From the NCBI GenBank assembly GCA_964016885.1, contig OZ024749.1, positions 49,476,001 through 49,540,000 of the forward strand: DNA of 64,000 nt, written 5' to 3'. Both the position numbers and the translations under genes were made by a program. Origin of the DNA: Eledone cirrhosa. Its lineage: Eukaryota. The first letter of the stretch is position 1. Each line of letters opens with the position of its first letter. The notes beneath the pieces were generated by a model, which was given only the letters and a program-made list of their open reading frames with translations, ran no database searches and was not told the DNA's origin. Below are positions 1-17,390 of this stretch, in pieces.

Positions 1-726
1 TATATAAACCTGCCCTTCAAGAGCATCAATGTAACTTTAAGAGCATAACTTGTATTGTTTTACGCTGGTTCCTCATTAGACTTATGACAATGACACAGGC
101 GTAATTTGGATTACTCGATCGCTTCACCGTTGATTACTTGTAGAATAATTCTCTTAAGCGACCAACGCTATGATATGCGTCAAAATCAGTGGGTAATCGA
201 GAAAAACACACAAACAGTATAAACAACAGAGAATAATCTCAAAATTTGGACTTGAATACAACATTTAAACATAAATTCCACAAGGATCATAGCCATTTTC
301 CTCACTGGAAGCAACGACATCTCTGTTGCAATTTGAACTGAGAAATTGAGAGCTTACTAAATACAGTAAGTCTCCTAGTACGATAAAATAGGAATTCTGT
401 CAGACTATCATTGTAGTGTAATTTTGCTCTCTGACAACGTTTTTCTTTCAAATCTAGTTTGATGTTACATATTATTGAAGTAATGATCACATTTTCTATA
501 AGCAATTGATTTTCCCCCTTTCATAACTCTGAACTATTCATAGTGTATTGGCTTTTAGAAATGTACCTCTATCACACTGTATCAATTGACGAGGAAAATC
601 TGAAACAATATATATTGCAGAATTTTGAATTGTCATTTAACCACAGAATATAGTGATCATATATATATATATATAAATAGGAGGAAGTTATAGTTCACTG
701 GAAGCATTGTGTAAGGAGGTTTGTGT

Positions 727-946
727 AACGTTTGTATTTGTAAAGCCAAAACAATGCAGGTATGGACATAGAATATAAATGCAAATGCAAAAGATATTGT
801 TGACAATTAGTCTGTTACCTTAAATGTATTTAAGGACATTTAAATAAATTTAAGGTAAAAGACTAATTGTCAACACTATCTTTTGCATTTGCATTTATAT
901 TCTATGTGCATACCTGCATTGTTTTGGCTTTACAAATACAAACGTT
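727..946. repeat. Fold-back inverted repeat, ~105-bp arms, between two (TA)n tracts
   Basis: AACGTTTGTATTTGTAAAGCCAAAACAATGCAGG... from 727 is the reverse complement of ...CCTGCATTGTTTTGGCTTTACAAATACAAACGTT ending at 946. There are a few mismatches and a short loop near 836. Confidence 0.9.
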
Positions 947-1017
947 TATATAAATATATATTTATATTAGTTATAAATCGAAGTTGTATCAAATATATAT
1001 ATATAAGACACACACAC

Positions 1018-1068
<51 letters not shown>

Positions 1069-4000
1069 AATAGAAATTAAGATGGTTTTGACAGAACATC
1101 TAATTCTTTAATACAATGAACAAAACGTCGGAATAAAAAAATAAAATGATTTATTTGGAATTGGCACAATGCCAATATTTTTCAAGGGCAGGAATACAGT
1201 TGCTGGTGTTTTTTGTTCTGTATGGATATGAATAAAATAATTTCATCATCGAAAGGAAAACAGATGAATTTACTTCTGGAAAACAAATAGTATTTATTAT
1301 GAGCCTGGTCCATATAAAATCCTGAAAACAATACCTGTAATTATGTCCACAGATAAATAAGCTTCAAGTTGCCAATCCAATGTCATCAGCATTGGGAATA
1401 TTTTAATAGATACTCATTAACGTATTACAGTCACATTTTCATATTATTTTATAAGGGCGCAATTCTACTCAGAGATTTACGCAAGTATTCATGAAGTCAA
1501 ATTCAAACTATAACATCTATATATAACAGCGTACATCCACATCGTACAGATTTACATCAATTTAAAATCGTAAGGAATATTCAAACTAAAGTCATAATTC
1601 CGTAGATATATCAGGTAGATTTGTCAAACTAGGAACACATGTTCGCGAAGCTGGTTCTTTAATCGCATCTCATGATAGACACGTGTGTATGTGTGTGTGT
1701 GTTAAAAATTAGAACCGGAGAAAAGGATGCTATTTATCTATTTGCTAAACTAAATGTTGTGTAGAGATCCACAGATCATTTGTGAGCAGTCGTACTTTCT
1801 TCCGCAGCTGAAATTTTACTATTATTTTATCATTTAATATCGTATATAAGTATTAGTGATAATTTAGCTTATATATGACTGTTCTCATCAAAGTGTGTAG
1901 CTGTTAGCTTATATATATATCTGTGGTTTTTAGATAGGTTATTATGTAAAGAATTTAAAACTCGACAAGTTATTACTTTCATCTTTGATTGAACTACTTT
2001 TCCCTCAATTATATCTCAATCGATAACTTCAATTTAAAACATAAATGATGAAATCGTTAACACCATATAAATTGACTTCTATTTCAGATATGTGTTCGAT
2101 ACATCGTTTTAAAATCAACACATGTTTAACAATGTTATGGTGAAAACAATTTAAATGTTAAACATTATTTTCATTCCTTACTCACAGATAAACTATACAC
2201 ATATATCCAGTTCAGATAAAATGAGAATTTAAATAGTATATTTCTATTGTTTATTTCATTTTACTGCACATAAATACCAATTTCTTTCGTGAAGATTTCA
2301 ACGATGTCCGAAAAGACATATAGAAAAGCAAAACCACATTATACACTTAACCATGTTATATTAACCTTTGGGCTTATATTGTTAGTAATTGATCATGGAG
2401 TTTTTCTCTTGGTTCAATTATATTGAATTCACCAGTTTGTTGGTAAATATGTAAGTCAGCAATCACTAGAATCTAGCGAAACGTTCGTCGATTTTACATT
2501 GATAATTACATTAGCAAAGTTGTTTATTCCCGGCATTAACTAATGACAACTAGGTGGACAAGGTCACTTGACAGTTATCTTTCTTGTACTAAGAGGTAGT
2601 GCTTTATCACAGACGTTAAATGATCGACCGAATTATTGGTTTGCTTTCTGGCACAATATCGAATTAACCATAAGAAAGATCAACGTTTAACAAACGTCAT
2701 TTATGTCTTCGCTCTTTTGAACCTTCACCTAAATATCGGATAATACGTTTTACACCCCAAAGCTGCTTAGGGCTTTTCATCGGCTATTTACCTTCACACT
2801 ATTCTATTTTCTTTCTCAACTGATTTATAATACCATGAATCAACAACTGTATTATAGCTGACTAATTTATTCTATGAAGATGTTATTAAGAATAATTTAT
2901 GCATATTTATCTGGAGGTTAGTTGCTTATATTAATATCTACTCTACTAAGTTTTCACAGAAGAAATTATTCATATGTACTACGGAAGTTTATTCTTAAAT
3001 AGTTCACATCTAATTGATTGATAGTTATTCTCTTTAAGCTAACCATTTACGTCATATTCCAAAAAGAGTAGATTCAAGATTTATTTAATGCACAGAAATA
3101 TATTAATTGATAATTGATAATTGTATCGCTGCAAAAACTATATAGGTATGAATTTGTATACATATTCTCGAAGTATTAATTCAAATATGCATTTAAGTTA
3201 ATGTTGGAATGTGACATACTAGTATTATTGTTGTTGCTTATTAGGCAAATAATTTACATAGTTAAAATCAACGTGATTCTTGTTATTGTATATGAAAGAT
3301 TCTGGGTAATTAATGGTATATTTTACAATTCATATCTCCTCGGTTGATAAAACAAACATTACTAACATGCTAAAAGTATTCGATCGATTGCCCGTGCTCA
3401 CGTGGGATCATGTATTCAATTAAGTACAACGGCATATTGCTGAAGTGTAGTTAATACGTGATTTAGATACATTTCTTATAAAGCTTTACTTTCACAAGAT
3501 AATTTATATTCGCTTTACTTGTGATGGACAAATTAGCCAAAGGTAATAACTTTGCTTGAGTAGCTCTAATTTAACAATTTGTGCTATTAAAATAGGCGTC
3601 TATTTGGAAGCTATCAATAATAGTTGTAAGAGTTCAGAGAATGTCTGTTAAATTTAGTTATTCGATAAAGCAATGTCTGTTTTTCGAGGCTGGATAAATG
3701 GCATTCAATAATATTTTTCCATCAGTATATAAAGTTCAGATATAAGACGAAATTTATAGAACCACATGATGCATATTATCATATTGTTTTTGGCTTTTGT
3801 TTTTAACATTGATGTACACTAGCGAAGTCACTACATCAAATGTTCTGTTAGAGGTGATTATTATAAACGATAACCTATAAACATAGTTCAATAACCTGGT
3901 CATTGTTACATATATCGAACAGCCCCATGTTAAACAACGAATGGTGATTATTGGCGTCTAACTATTTTTTAAGTACTGTGTTTCCATAGACTACAAACAT

Positions 4001-4485
4001 AAATTAACATTTAATAAACTAGTTAGTGTAACTATTAGAAACGAATAGGCTTATAGAAAGTCATAAGTAAACGGTTTGTCCGAGATTTACATTCCAAATG
4101 ATAATATTTATTAAAAGGCGAACCGTAGAGAACTGATTAATAAATATGTCAAACAAAATTAATTAAATCTATATTTAAAGTAAGTGTACGAAAAGCTGAG
4201 CCGTTTCCTCAAAACATTTTGAAAAGAGTGTAACATTGTTTGACTGTGAACCTTGCAATAAAACTGAACGTTTACATAAGGCTCAGCGTATATTAGTTTG
4301 AAATGAAACCTCAGCCATATCAACTTCACCTTTCATTCATTCGGGAACAAAAAAATGATATACCATTTCAAACAACGAATTGAAAGTATTGTTAACATTT
4401 GGACGAGATGACCTGCGGTTTTTGTTTCGACTCTATATTCTTTATATTTTACAATAGTAGATTACAACAATATACATTTTAATAT

Positions 4486-4696
4486 TTGGCAGTATCGGTA
4501 GTGCGTTGGACAACGTACTTTATGGTATAGGGTTACGCCTCTTTAAGATCTGGTTTTAAATCCTGCCGAGGTCAGCTTTGCGGCTCATTCATACACGGGC
4601 GATAATATAAAGTGCCAGTAAAGCATTGGTGTCGATTTAATCGATTTCTCCGAAAGATTGTTGACCTTGTGACTGAATCAGAAACAAATATTATTT
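4486..4696 (+). mobile_element. Diverged tRNA-derived SINE (same family as 21315-21499)
   Basis: TTGGCAGTATCGGTAG head, TTTAAATCCTGCCGAGGTCAGCTTTGC core and CCTTGTGACTGAATCAGAAACA end align to the younger copies. Confidence 0.75.
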
Positions 4697-5265
4697 CGTA
4701 GATCTATGATACATTTAATGCTCCACCCTAGTCCTGAATTTTGCCTCAAAAATCAGACAACCACAAACAAATTACAGCACTTCAAGCGAGCACGAAAATA
4801 TAAGTTTGGACACTTAGTTATAGAGATAACAATAGAGAGGTGACGAATGTAAGAAAAATAAACAGAATATAACAAAATGATGAGTGGTAGAGATGGCACT
4901 TTTGAAAGTGAAAGGGTAGCAAAATTTCATTGTCGAATGATGATGATATATAAAGGTTTATTGTATAACACAGAGGTTAGGTATGTGTGGTAGAGAATGT
5001 TTCTGCTTAGATATATTTCTACGACTGTAATTCGTGTTTGCATTGTGTCTGGTTGTAGGTTGTTTATGGTATTGTGCGACTATATTTGTTTGTAAGAGAG
5101 TGTGTGTATATGTGTATGCTTCTTGATATATGTATGTATGTTATTTTATATTTATGATTGTATATGAATATATACAAATGCGTGTGTCATTCTCTGTATA
5201 TGTACATATATGTTTTCTGTGAATATTTGTTTTTCTGTCTATGTAAGTGGGTGAGTGCACTTTGT

Positions 5266-5338
<73 letters not shown>

Positions 5339-5507
5339 TATATATATATACACACATATATATTAGAAAGTGAGTTTTTTTTACAAAATGAAAAATAACC
5401 GACGTGTCCAACACGAGTGAAAGTATATAGAAGAACAGATGAAATCGAAAATGCAACAGGTGTCTTATTTTTTAAAATAGATATATATAGTTATTTGGTT
5501 CCTTTAC

Positions 5508-5917
5508 CGTTTTCGCAGTTCTTCTGCTTTTCAAAAGTAGAGTTGAGATGGAGAGTATGTGGTTTGTATCACATCTGGTTGTTTTAAACGGAAAAAAATG
5601 GCTCGGAACGCCAGGTCTTTAGAGAAGTAATTTGATTGGTTGGTCAATAAGTATAATACATTTCGCGCCATTTCGAAATACAAAGTTCTTCAAACAAATG
5701 GGAGGGGGCGGCACAGGTTGTTTTTTCATATATGAGTGAAGTTTAGTTGGTTGATGCAGTCACGTGAATGAGCACATAAGCTTTCGCGCCAGTTTGTTTG
5801 AATGTCTGTTTACTGAAAAAAAGGGGCTCAATAGGTTTTTTTTTTTTATAAATATAATTTGATTGCTTATAAATGAAATTAAGCTCTCATGTGAACAAGT
5901 TCATTAAATTTCGCGCC
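5508..5917. promoter_or_regulatory. Putative cell-cycle-type (E2F/CHR/CCAAT) Pol II promoter
   Basis: Three TTTCGCGCC (5661, 5782, 5909); TTCGAA at 5672 and TTTGAA at 5797; reverse CCAAT at 5635-5639; GC box at 5700-5711; E-box GTCACGTGA at 5759-5767; minus-strand donor ACG/GTAAAG at 5508/5507. Confidence 0.6.
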
Positions 5918-6120
5918 CGTATTTGGGAATTTATTTTGTAGCCTTTTGGAGAATATTATGACAAAAAATATAATGGTCAAGAGAAATGGGATGGGAGAAT
6001 TGTTCTGGTTCAGTGAATATGGGTGGTTCACTGGTGTGTCAGAATTCAGACTTTCTATTGAAATAAAGAAAATAGAGATATGTATCTTTATTTGTGCGCT
6101 TGTGTGTGTCTGTGGGGGGG

Positions 6121-10119
<3,999 letters not shown>

Positions 10120-10120
<1 letters not shown>

Positions 10121-10236
10121 CTGAGTTCAAATCCCCCCGAGGTTGACTTTGCCTTTCATCCTTACGGGGTCAATAAAATAAAGTACCAGTAATGCACTGG
10201 GTAATTGCTGGCCTTGTGCCTAAAGTAGAAACAATT
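10120..10236 (+). mobile_element. 3' portion of SINE inside the TA array
   Basis: CTGAGTTCAAATCCCCCCGAGGTTGACTTTGCCTTTCATCCTTACGGGGTC...GTAGAAACA, nearly identical to 58203-58316. Confidence 0.9.
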
Positions 10237-11546
10237 ATATATATATAATATATATATAATATATATATATTACATATATTATATATATATATATATTTAT
10301 ATGTATATATTTATATATATATATATATATAAATCTATGTGTGTGTGCACGTATGTGTGCATGTGTGTGTGTAAGTGATTATATAGGTACTCATGGGTTA
10401 GTATGTGGTTATGCTTTAGCGTAGCGGTTACACCACGTATCTCTCAACATTTATTTATTTTTATTTTTCGTTTGGCAGTGTTGTCTTATCTGGGGGTTCC
10501 TGCTTGAAACCTTTCACCACAAACAACAGAACAAAACACAAGCATCGACTTTAACATTATGAATGGCTGCTGTTTGCTATACTACCAATGTGTAACTATT
10601 TTAATGGACCAATTAGGGAAAATATAGCCTTTAGACTATATTATGAATCATCAGACGTATATTGATATATTGATTTTCCTCTGTTTTCTTTCTTCCTTTA
10701 TTCAACGTTTTTCACTGTTTTTGCTGAATAAGATAAGAGTTCATAGTCTTGAGACATAAATATTTTCTTATAATACGTGTATATTTGTTTGTTTGTTCAT
10801 ATATATATATATATATATATATATACGCATATATTCACACACACAAACATATATATATATACACACAAACATATATATGATTTCTGTCACTATCAGTACA
10901 GCTGATATTTGGGTTTCATTGTTCTTGATACTACTACTAAAACTACTACTGCCGCTGCTACTAGTAATACAACTAATCATAGTAGTAGTTTCTAGTTTAG
11001 ATACAAGGCCATCACTTCTGGGGAAGCAGTTACTCGATTAAATCAACATAGTACATAATTTGTGCTTGAATGATAATAATAGTTTCCTCGTTAACTATGA
11101 TGAATTTGGAAAATACACACTCACGCTCACACAAAGACACGAACAGTATGGGTGGCACAAGATTATACAGTGTCGATTTATGGTACTAAGTAAAGAGATA
11201 ACGAATAAAAACTTTTCCATGCAGTGAGTGTTGGTATGAAATCATGTGTCAACACAGTGGAATTCCACCCGTCTATAATTCTAGCAGGGCAATAGAACCA
11301 GTCCCATTATGACAACTATGACATGGGAAAACGGTCAAGTCTGAATAGATAGTAGATGTAACGTAGCCGTACACTATCATTTTTCAGAGATAGCTTCTTT
11401 TCACGTTATTTCTATGTGGAACCTGCCACCATGCATTTCGTTTGTTTAGTAGTAAACTAGAAACCTGGCCTAAGACAAGCAAGTCAGGCACAATGCATTT
11501 TGTAAAAGCCCCTTCTGAGCAACTTGTGTTTTCTGTCATTAATCCC

Positions 11547-11569
11547 ACTACTACTACTACTACTACTAG

Positions 11570-11607
<38 letters not shown>

Positions 11608-11626
11608 ATACTACTTCTACTACTAC
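11547..11626. repeat. (CTA)n microsatellite
   Basis: Direct reading. Confidence 0.95.
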
Positions 11627-13241
11627 CAATGATAATGACAATGATAATGTGGTGTTAAAACCCTGAAACGTGGAAAACTAACAAAACGTAAAGGGATTGA
11701 TCAAGTATTTGAAGATTCTTGAGTTGGATGATATCATAGAGAAGGGTGGTTGAATAAAAGAATACCTTAAATAGAAGGAATAGATCAAGGCAACGAATAC
11801 ACGAGTAGTGTCTCTTATGTATTGTGGGGCAGGAGTTATTAAATAACTGTAAGTTATTGATATGAAAACTAAGAAGTATATATATATGACTGTGCATAAC
11901 TAATTCTACCCACAGAGTGATAACCTAAATAGTTATGTTAAAGGAAATAATAGCAGTAAAGGATTAACCCAGTCTTCAAATATTTCAATGGTTTCTATCA
12001 CACAACAGAAACATATATGACAAATACCACCATATGGCTTTAAACTATATCATATCAGGGTTTTCTACTTGGGTTAGATTTTGAAATTCAATTCTATTCT
12101 AATAAGTGATTCTAAGTCTATAGAGCAGACGATCATATCATTCTGTATGAGTCGACATACTTCTAGGGTTTATTTCCCTTCTCATCTCCAATTACCGATG
12201 CAGCTTTGAAATGCTAGATCGATTTTATCGAATGCGTCCTTAGAAAATTTACTTTCTTGCGACACTAGAAAGAAATCAATAATACACAATGTTCAATATA
12301 TTTTCCTTTGTTTTACGCTATTTCACATCAATTTATTTCTGAGTAATCAATAAAATGAAATTAATTGTCTTTTACAGTCATAGATCCTCAGAATTACTTT
12401 TGATAGTATGTCAAAGAAATCTTGTGATATTTATAATCGTTGTAGCTATGTGAATTTATAATATTGGCCTGATGCCACAAAAATTATTAACAGGTATAGT
12501 TGATTCAATCGACCACAGTACTTAATTATTTCAAATGATCTAACGTCTGTAGACTGTTATAATAAAGGTACAGAGAATGATTTCGTTACAGCAACCCATT
12601 TTTTCCCTCCGAAGCATTGTGCATTCTGTATGTCCATTAATATTATATTAATTGCTTTTAGAGAAACAGATCAAATCATACATCAGTTTGATGAATAGAT
12701 GATTATATATACCTCCCTATGCAACTCTAAATTCATTTGGAATTATGAAAGATATATTTGGTTTGCGTGTCTTATTTCAACTTACATGATAATGGCACGG
12801 GGATCGTAATTTACTGCCCCTAGCCATCATGGCAGTTGTCAAATTTATCTACTATTATATTCAATTGTATGAACTATATACAAATATTTCGAAACGTATG
12901 TTCGCTCCTAAATCATAGAAGGTTTAATGAAAAAACGTTTATAAAATCTCCAAATGTCTGTGCAACTGCTGACACGGAGGATAGGAGATATACATAAATA
13001 GCAAATCTACTCCGACTGTTTGCACAAAACAGATTTTCCTTCAAACCCACTTATATGAGGTTTATGCCAACCATCCGTAAATATAAACGATTAATTTCAA
13101 CTTTTATTTTGTTTGTGAATTTTACCCAGACGGCATTAAATATCATGTAGGAGAGGTGATTACAATAAGCAAACGAATATACAGAAATCAAGGAAAACAG
13201 TAGAAAACCATGCATTCAGCAGGAAGCTATCTTGAAATAAT

Positions 13242-13428
13242 TGTTTCTACTTTTGGCACCAGGCCAGCAATTATCCCAGTGCATTACTGGTACTTTATTT
13301 TATCTACCTCGTAAGGATAAAAGGCAAAGTTAATCTCGGTGGGATTTGAGCTCAGATCATAAAGGGATGTAACTGTGCGTCAAAGCATGGCGCCCGACCC
13401 TCTACCGATACTGCCAATCCACCGTCCT
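13242..13428 (-). mobile_element. Full-length SINE, first of a tandem pair
   Basis: Reverse complement matches 21315-21499. Flanked by the 18-bp repeat AAGCTATCTTGAAATAAT (13224-13241, 13431-13448). Confidence 0.92.
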
Positions 13429-13448
13429 TGAAGCTATCTTGAAATAAT

Positions 13449-13634
13449 ATTTTCTACTTTAGGCACAAGGCCAGCAATTAAACCTGTTCATTACTGGTAC
13501 TTTATGTTATCGACCCCGTAAGGATGAAAGGCAAAGTCAACCTCGGCGGGATTTGAACTCAGATCGTAAAAGGAGGTAACTTTGCTGGAAAGCATGGCGT
13601 CCGACCCTCTACAGATACTGCCAATCCACCGCCC
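13449..13634 (-). mobile_element. Full-length SINE, second of a tandem pair
   Basis: Same family. Flanked by the same 18-mer (13431-13448, 13635-13652). Confidence 0.92.
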
Positions 13635-14074
13635 AAGCTATCTTGAAATAATGATACCAAACAACATATCTACCCAGTTTTCTCAAAGATGTCGGACGGT
13701 TAGCATGTTAAATATTCGGTCGATATCTGCAGAACGAACTAGAGAAAAAAGTATGTCTTTCACGCTCGTGCTGGATAACATGCTTGTAAAAGGTCGCAAC
13801 AAAACTAAGTTAAGAATCGTGTAAGGAAATCATTATTTTGTGAAACAAAAATTAAGAAAAAGATTTTTAAATTAATATTTCTGCCTTTTAAATTCCATTC
13901 AGTTAAATAACGTTTCAACTGTTATACATACTAAACTAATATTTTGACAACAGTATTGATTATGATGAAGTTAATATTTGTAATTAAGAATTTATGGCTG
14001 CTACCGCTGATGATAGTCATTGTAAAACAGAATGAAGATAACCACGATGATACATAATATATTGGTAGCAAAAG

Positions 14075-14400
14075 ATGATGATGAATATGATGATGGGATT
14101 ACCATGATAATAATTACGTTTCCCTGTTGTAGTTGATGATGATAACGATGATGATGATGATGATGAGGATACATAATTTAGTAATGGTAATTATGAGAAC
14201 GATATATGTGGTATCAGTTATGGGTTTGAAGATGACGACGATGGCAATAGCGAGGAAGTTATTGATGATGATGATATTGATAAGATATGATGTAATTTTA
14301 TTGATAATAAATATCTCTATGGTCTTATATAAAATTGATGTTGCTGCTGATGAAACAGATGTTGATTATGATGATGGCAGTGATAAGTATGATAGTGATC
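14075..14400. repeat. Degenerate (GAT)n low-complexity tract
   Basis: Direct reading. It explains the Met-rich ORF 14133-14477. Confidence 0.8.
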
Positions 14401-15864
14401 TCACAATGAAAACAAAATATATACAAACATACAAAAACCTAACAAACGACACTTTTGGAGAGAAATCTGAACAATGATGAGTGGAGGGGGAGTAAACCAT
14501 AAGCTAAAAAAATAAAATAGCATGAAATAAAAATGGCAATAAAACGAAGGACAGAAACAGAAAAAAAGAAATTGTTTCAAATTTCAAAATGTTTCGGAAA
14601 CTATTTGTTCTCTGAATGAAACAGTAGAACAGCTTTCGATTTATTGATCCTAGCTCGGGTTTCACTGCAGTGTGTAGCGTTTAAAACTCTCAACAAAATG
14701 CCACGATGTCTGTGAATATAATATGTAAACAATACAAAAGCAGCTATCTCGGCTGTATAATGTTCTGAAACATTATTTCTCGTTTCGATGATCGTTTCCT
14801 GAAATTCTCAATCGTCTGAGCGCCTTTCTCCATTATTTCCATAAGCGTCATATCGCTGTACGAATATATGTCCCACGGAAACGATAAGGTAATTTCTAAT
14901 ACGTTTCCCAATACATCTATTAGTTGCAGCCAGAGGGCTGAGGCCATGCTGGGGCCAAGCAATCGAATGTATAATACGTTTCTACACATGTGTTTCCGAT
15001 ATATTTTCAAGGCTAAAATTTGAGCAATGTTAAAAGTACTGGTATACTTGGAGTCATAAATACATGAGCTATTCTCCTCTTAACAAGAGAACATATGCAG
15101 ACACAGAGCCTAGTAAAAATCGAAATATTTTGATTCATACATCTACTATACTTAATGAAGCGGATTGGCTTACCATGACTAGAATACATTTTATCATATG
15201 TCGCTTGGATAAATGTTGACATTTGGCTAAACGTAAATAAAAGAATACAACTCAACCACATTTATACAAAGATCACAACCGCGGTTTTCTAAATGCATAT
15301 CAAACAGCTTATAGTTGCTTTACATTTCTTCATGTATTACAAAGAATATTCAATGAAATGATACGAAATAAATTATGGTCGCATAACACATATGATAGAA
15401 AACAATAAAACAAATAAACAGAGTTAGTTGCATGGCTTCTGGTCGCAGGTCATTTCTCATTTCCTGTAAATAAGCATTAATTATTCTATGTAGCCAACGC
15501 TGAAACTTCAAACCAATTAATCATTTCAGAAACTGGATATTGTAACCGGAACAACTCACCACACAGCCGGGTATGAATGTTTCTCGAAGCTAAGAATAGT
15601 GGGTATATCGATGTGTGTATTAAGTATAGGAAATTTATTAATTCTTGTGCATCTTGAGCAATGCTTTATTCAATTTGTTTATGCGCAAGGAGCACTAATG
15701 ATACAATACTATATTTTGCTTTTCTAAATGAAGAGAAAATCTCTATAACGATAACCAGTGTTTTTCATATGATTCTCAGCATCCTACAATCAAGTGAATA
15801 TAGTACTATTCTTGATTCAGCAGCTTAAGTGAACGAAGAAGTCATTACATAATTATAATTTCTC

Positions 15865-16031
15865 ATTTAGCACAAGGTCAACAGTTTGGACGGACGGCAA
15901 GTCGAATAAATCGACCTCAGTGCATTACTAGTGCTTGGATTTATCAAAGCTAACTTTGGCGGCATTTGCACTCAGAACGTAAATGGCTGTAATTCCATGC
16001 AATGAATCATATTGCCCGACGCTCTAGCGAC
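15865..16031 (-). mobile_element. Old diverged SINE copy
   Basis: GCACAAGGTCAACAG...CAGTGCATTACTAGT...AAAGCTAACTTTGGCGGCATTTGCACTCAGAACGTAAA aligns to the family. Confidence 0.7.
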
Positions 16032-16709
16032 CTAAGACACTACATAGTAATGACTTATATTTCCAATGACATTTCTCCGGAGGGGTTTTGCATGTTACCT
16101 TCCAGTTCCTTCAAAAACGACAAACAAACAAGAAGCTGATGACTGCTGATAATATACTGGAAGGGATATGTCAAGTGAGCTAAATTGAGATGAAGAAGTA
16201 CTGATTAAATAAATGTGTGTCCTGTATCGAGACAAGCAAGATATAAAGATGAAATATTATGCATGGGAAATTTTAAATGATAATGTACTTACTCAGCAAA
16301 TGCGTAAAAACAAAGATTAATATAGAAATGTTGTAAGAGATATGAATCTCAATATGTCAGTTTGTGCTTTGTTTGGAAATGTGTCATGATAGCCTTCCTT
16401 AATTAGCATGGTTATTTACAGAATATCATATATAACATCAACTTACATCACACATAATTTTGATTCGATCTGATTGAAATTTACATCTTATTTTCACGCA
16501 GAGTAAATTTATATATGGTCCAAACAAGCAGCTATTCATAATCAAATATTATATAAGATTACATAAAATAATCACGTTTGACAAGTACCATAAAGCAAGC
16601 AGACTTACAAGAATTATTGTATTTAAACATATGTTTAATGTATTCACATTATACGTTGTTTCATATTGTTTTTAAAAGCAAATACGGAAGTGTTATAGAA
16701 CATTTCGGG

Positions 16710-16745
<36 letters not shown>

Positions 16746-16781
16746 ATGTGTGTATATGTATGTGTGTGTGTGTGCGTGTGT

Positions 16782-16861
<80 letters not shown>

Positions 16862-16880
16862 TTGTCTGTGGGTGTGTGTG
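16710..16880. repeat. (TA)n-(TG)n compound microsatellite
   Basis: Direct reading. Confidence 0.95.
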
Positions 16881-17160
16881 AGTGAGGGTGATTGAAGCGA
16901 AATAGCCGAGTATTTAAGATGTAAGATTAAACAGACTTCGATATTGGCTCGGCTTGCTGCGTTCTATGTTCGTATAAAGGCGAGGTTGTCTATGCGCATC
17001 TTCCTTCCGGAACCGGTAAAATTAAATATTAGTCAAGTATTTGGAACGAAGCATTTGACATGTCCCTTCCATCACAATGGGTTGCATTTGTGACTCAATT
17101 AGAAATTAATATTTTAATTATATATTCCTATATTATTGTATGTGAAGGGGGTGTTGGACA

Positions 17161-17390
17161 TATGATCATAATAATACTCTTCTATATTTTTGAGACGAAG
17201 AATTATTTATATTTATACATTGGAGAGATATGTGTCCTCACCTTGTTTTGTTGTTAATACAACGTTTCGGCTGATACACCTTCCAGCCTTCGTATGAAAT
17301 CTGGAGGGTACATCAGCCGAAACGTTGTGTTCACACCAAAACAAGATGAGGAGACCTATCCGTCCAATGTATATCATTTATGATCATAAT
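17161..17390. mobile_element. Fold-back element (two inverted HHR 3' halves) with 12-bp TSD, inserted in a SINE head
   Basis: Inverted repeat 17214-17373 (CAACGTTTCGGCTGA...TCAGCCGAAACGTTG). Direct repeat TATGATCATAAT at 17161-17172 and 17379-17390. B-box-like GGTTCGATTCC follows immediately. Confidence 0.75.

Noticed and set aside
302-505. 67-aa minus-strand ORF
   Set aside because: No recognisable domain and a non-ATG start. At most it is part of a UTR exon.
13224-13652. Three identical 18-mers with long spacers, superficially CRISPR-like
   Set aside because: The spacers are homologous SINE copies, the context is eukaryotic and there are no cas genes. These are TSDs.
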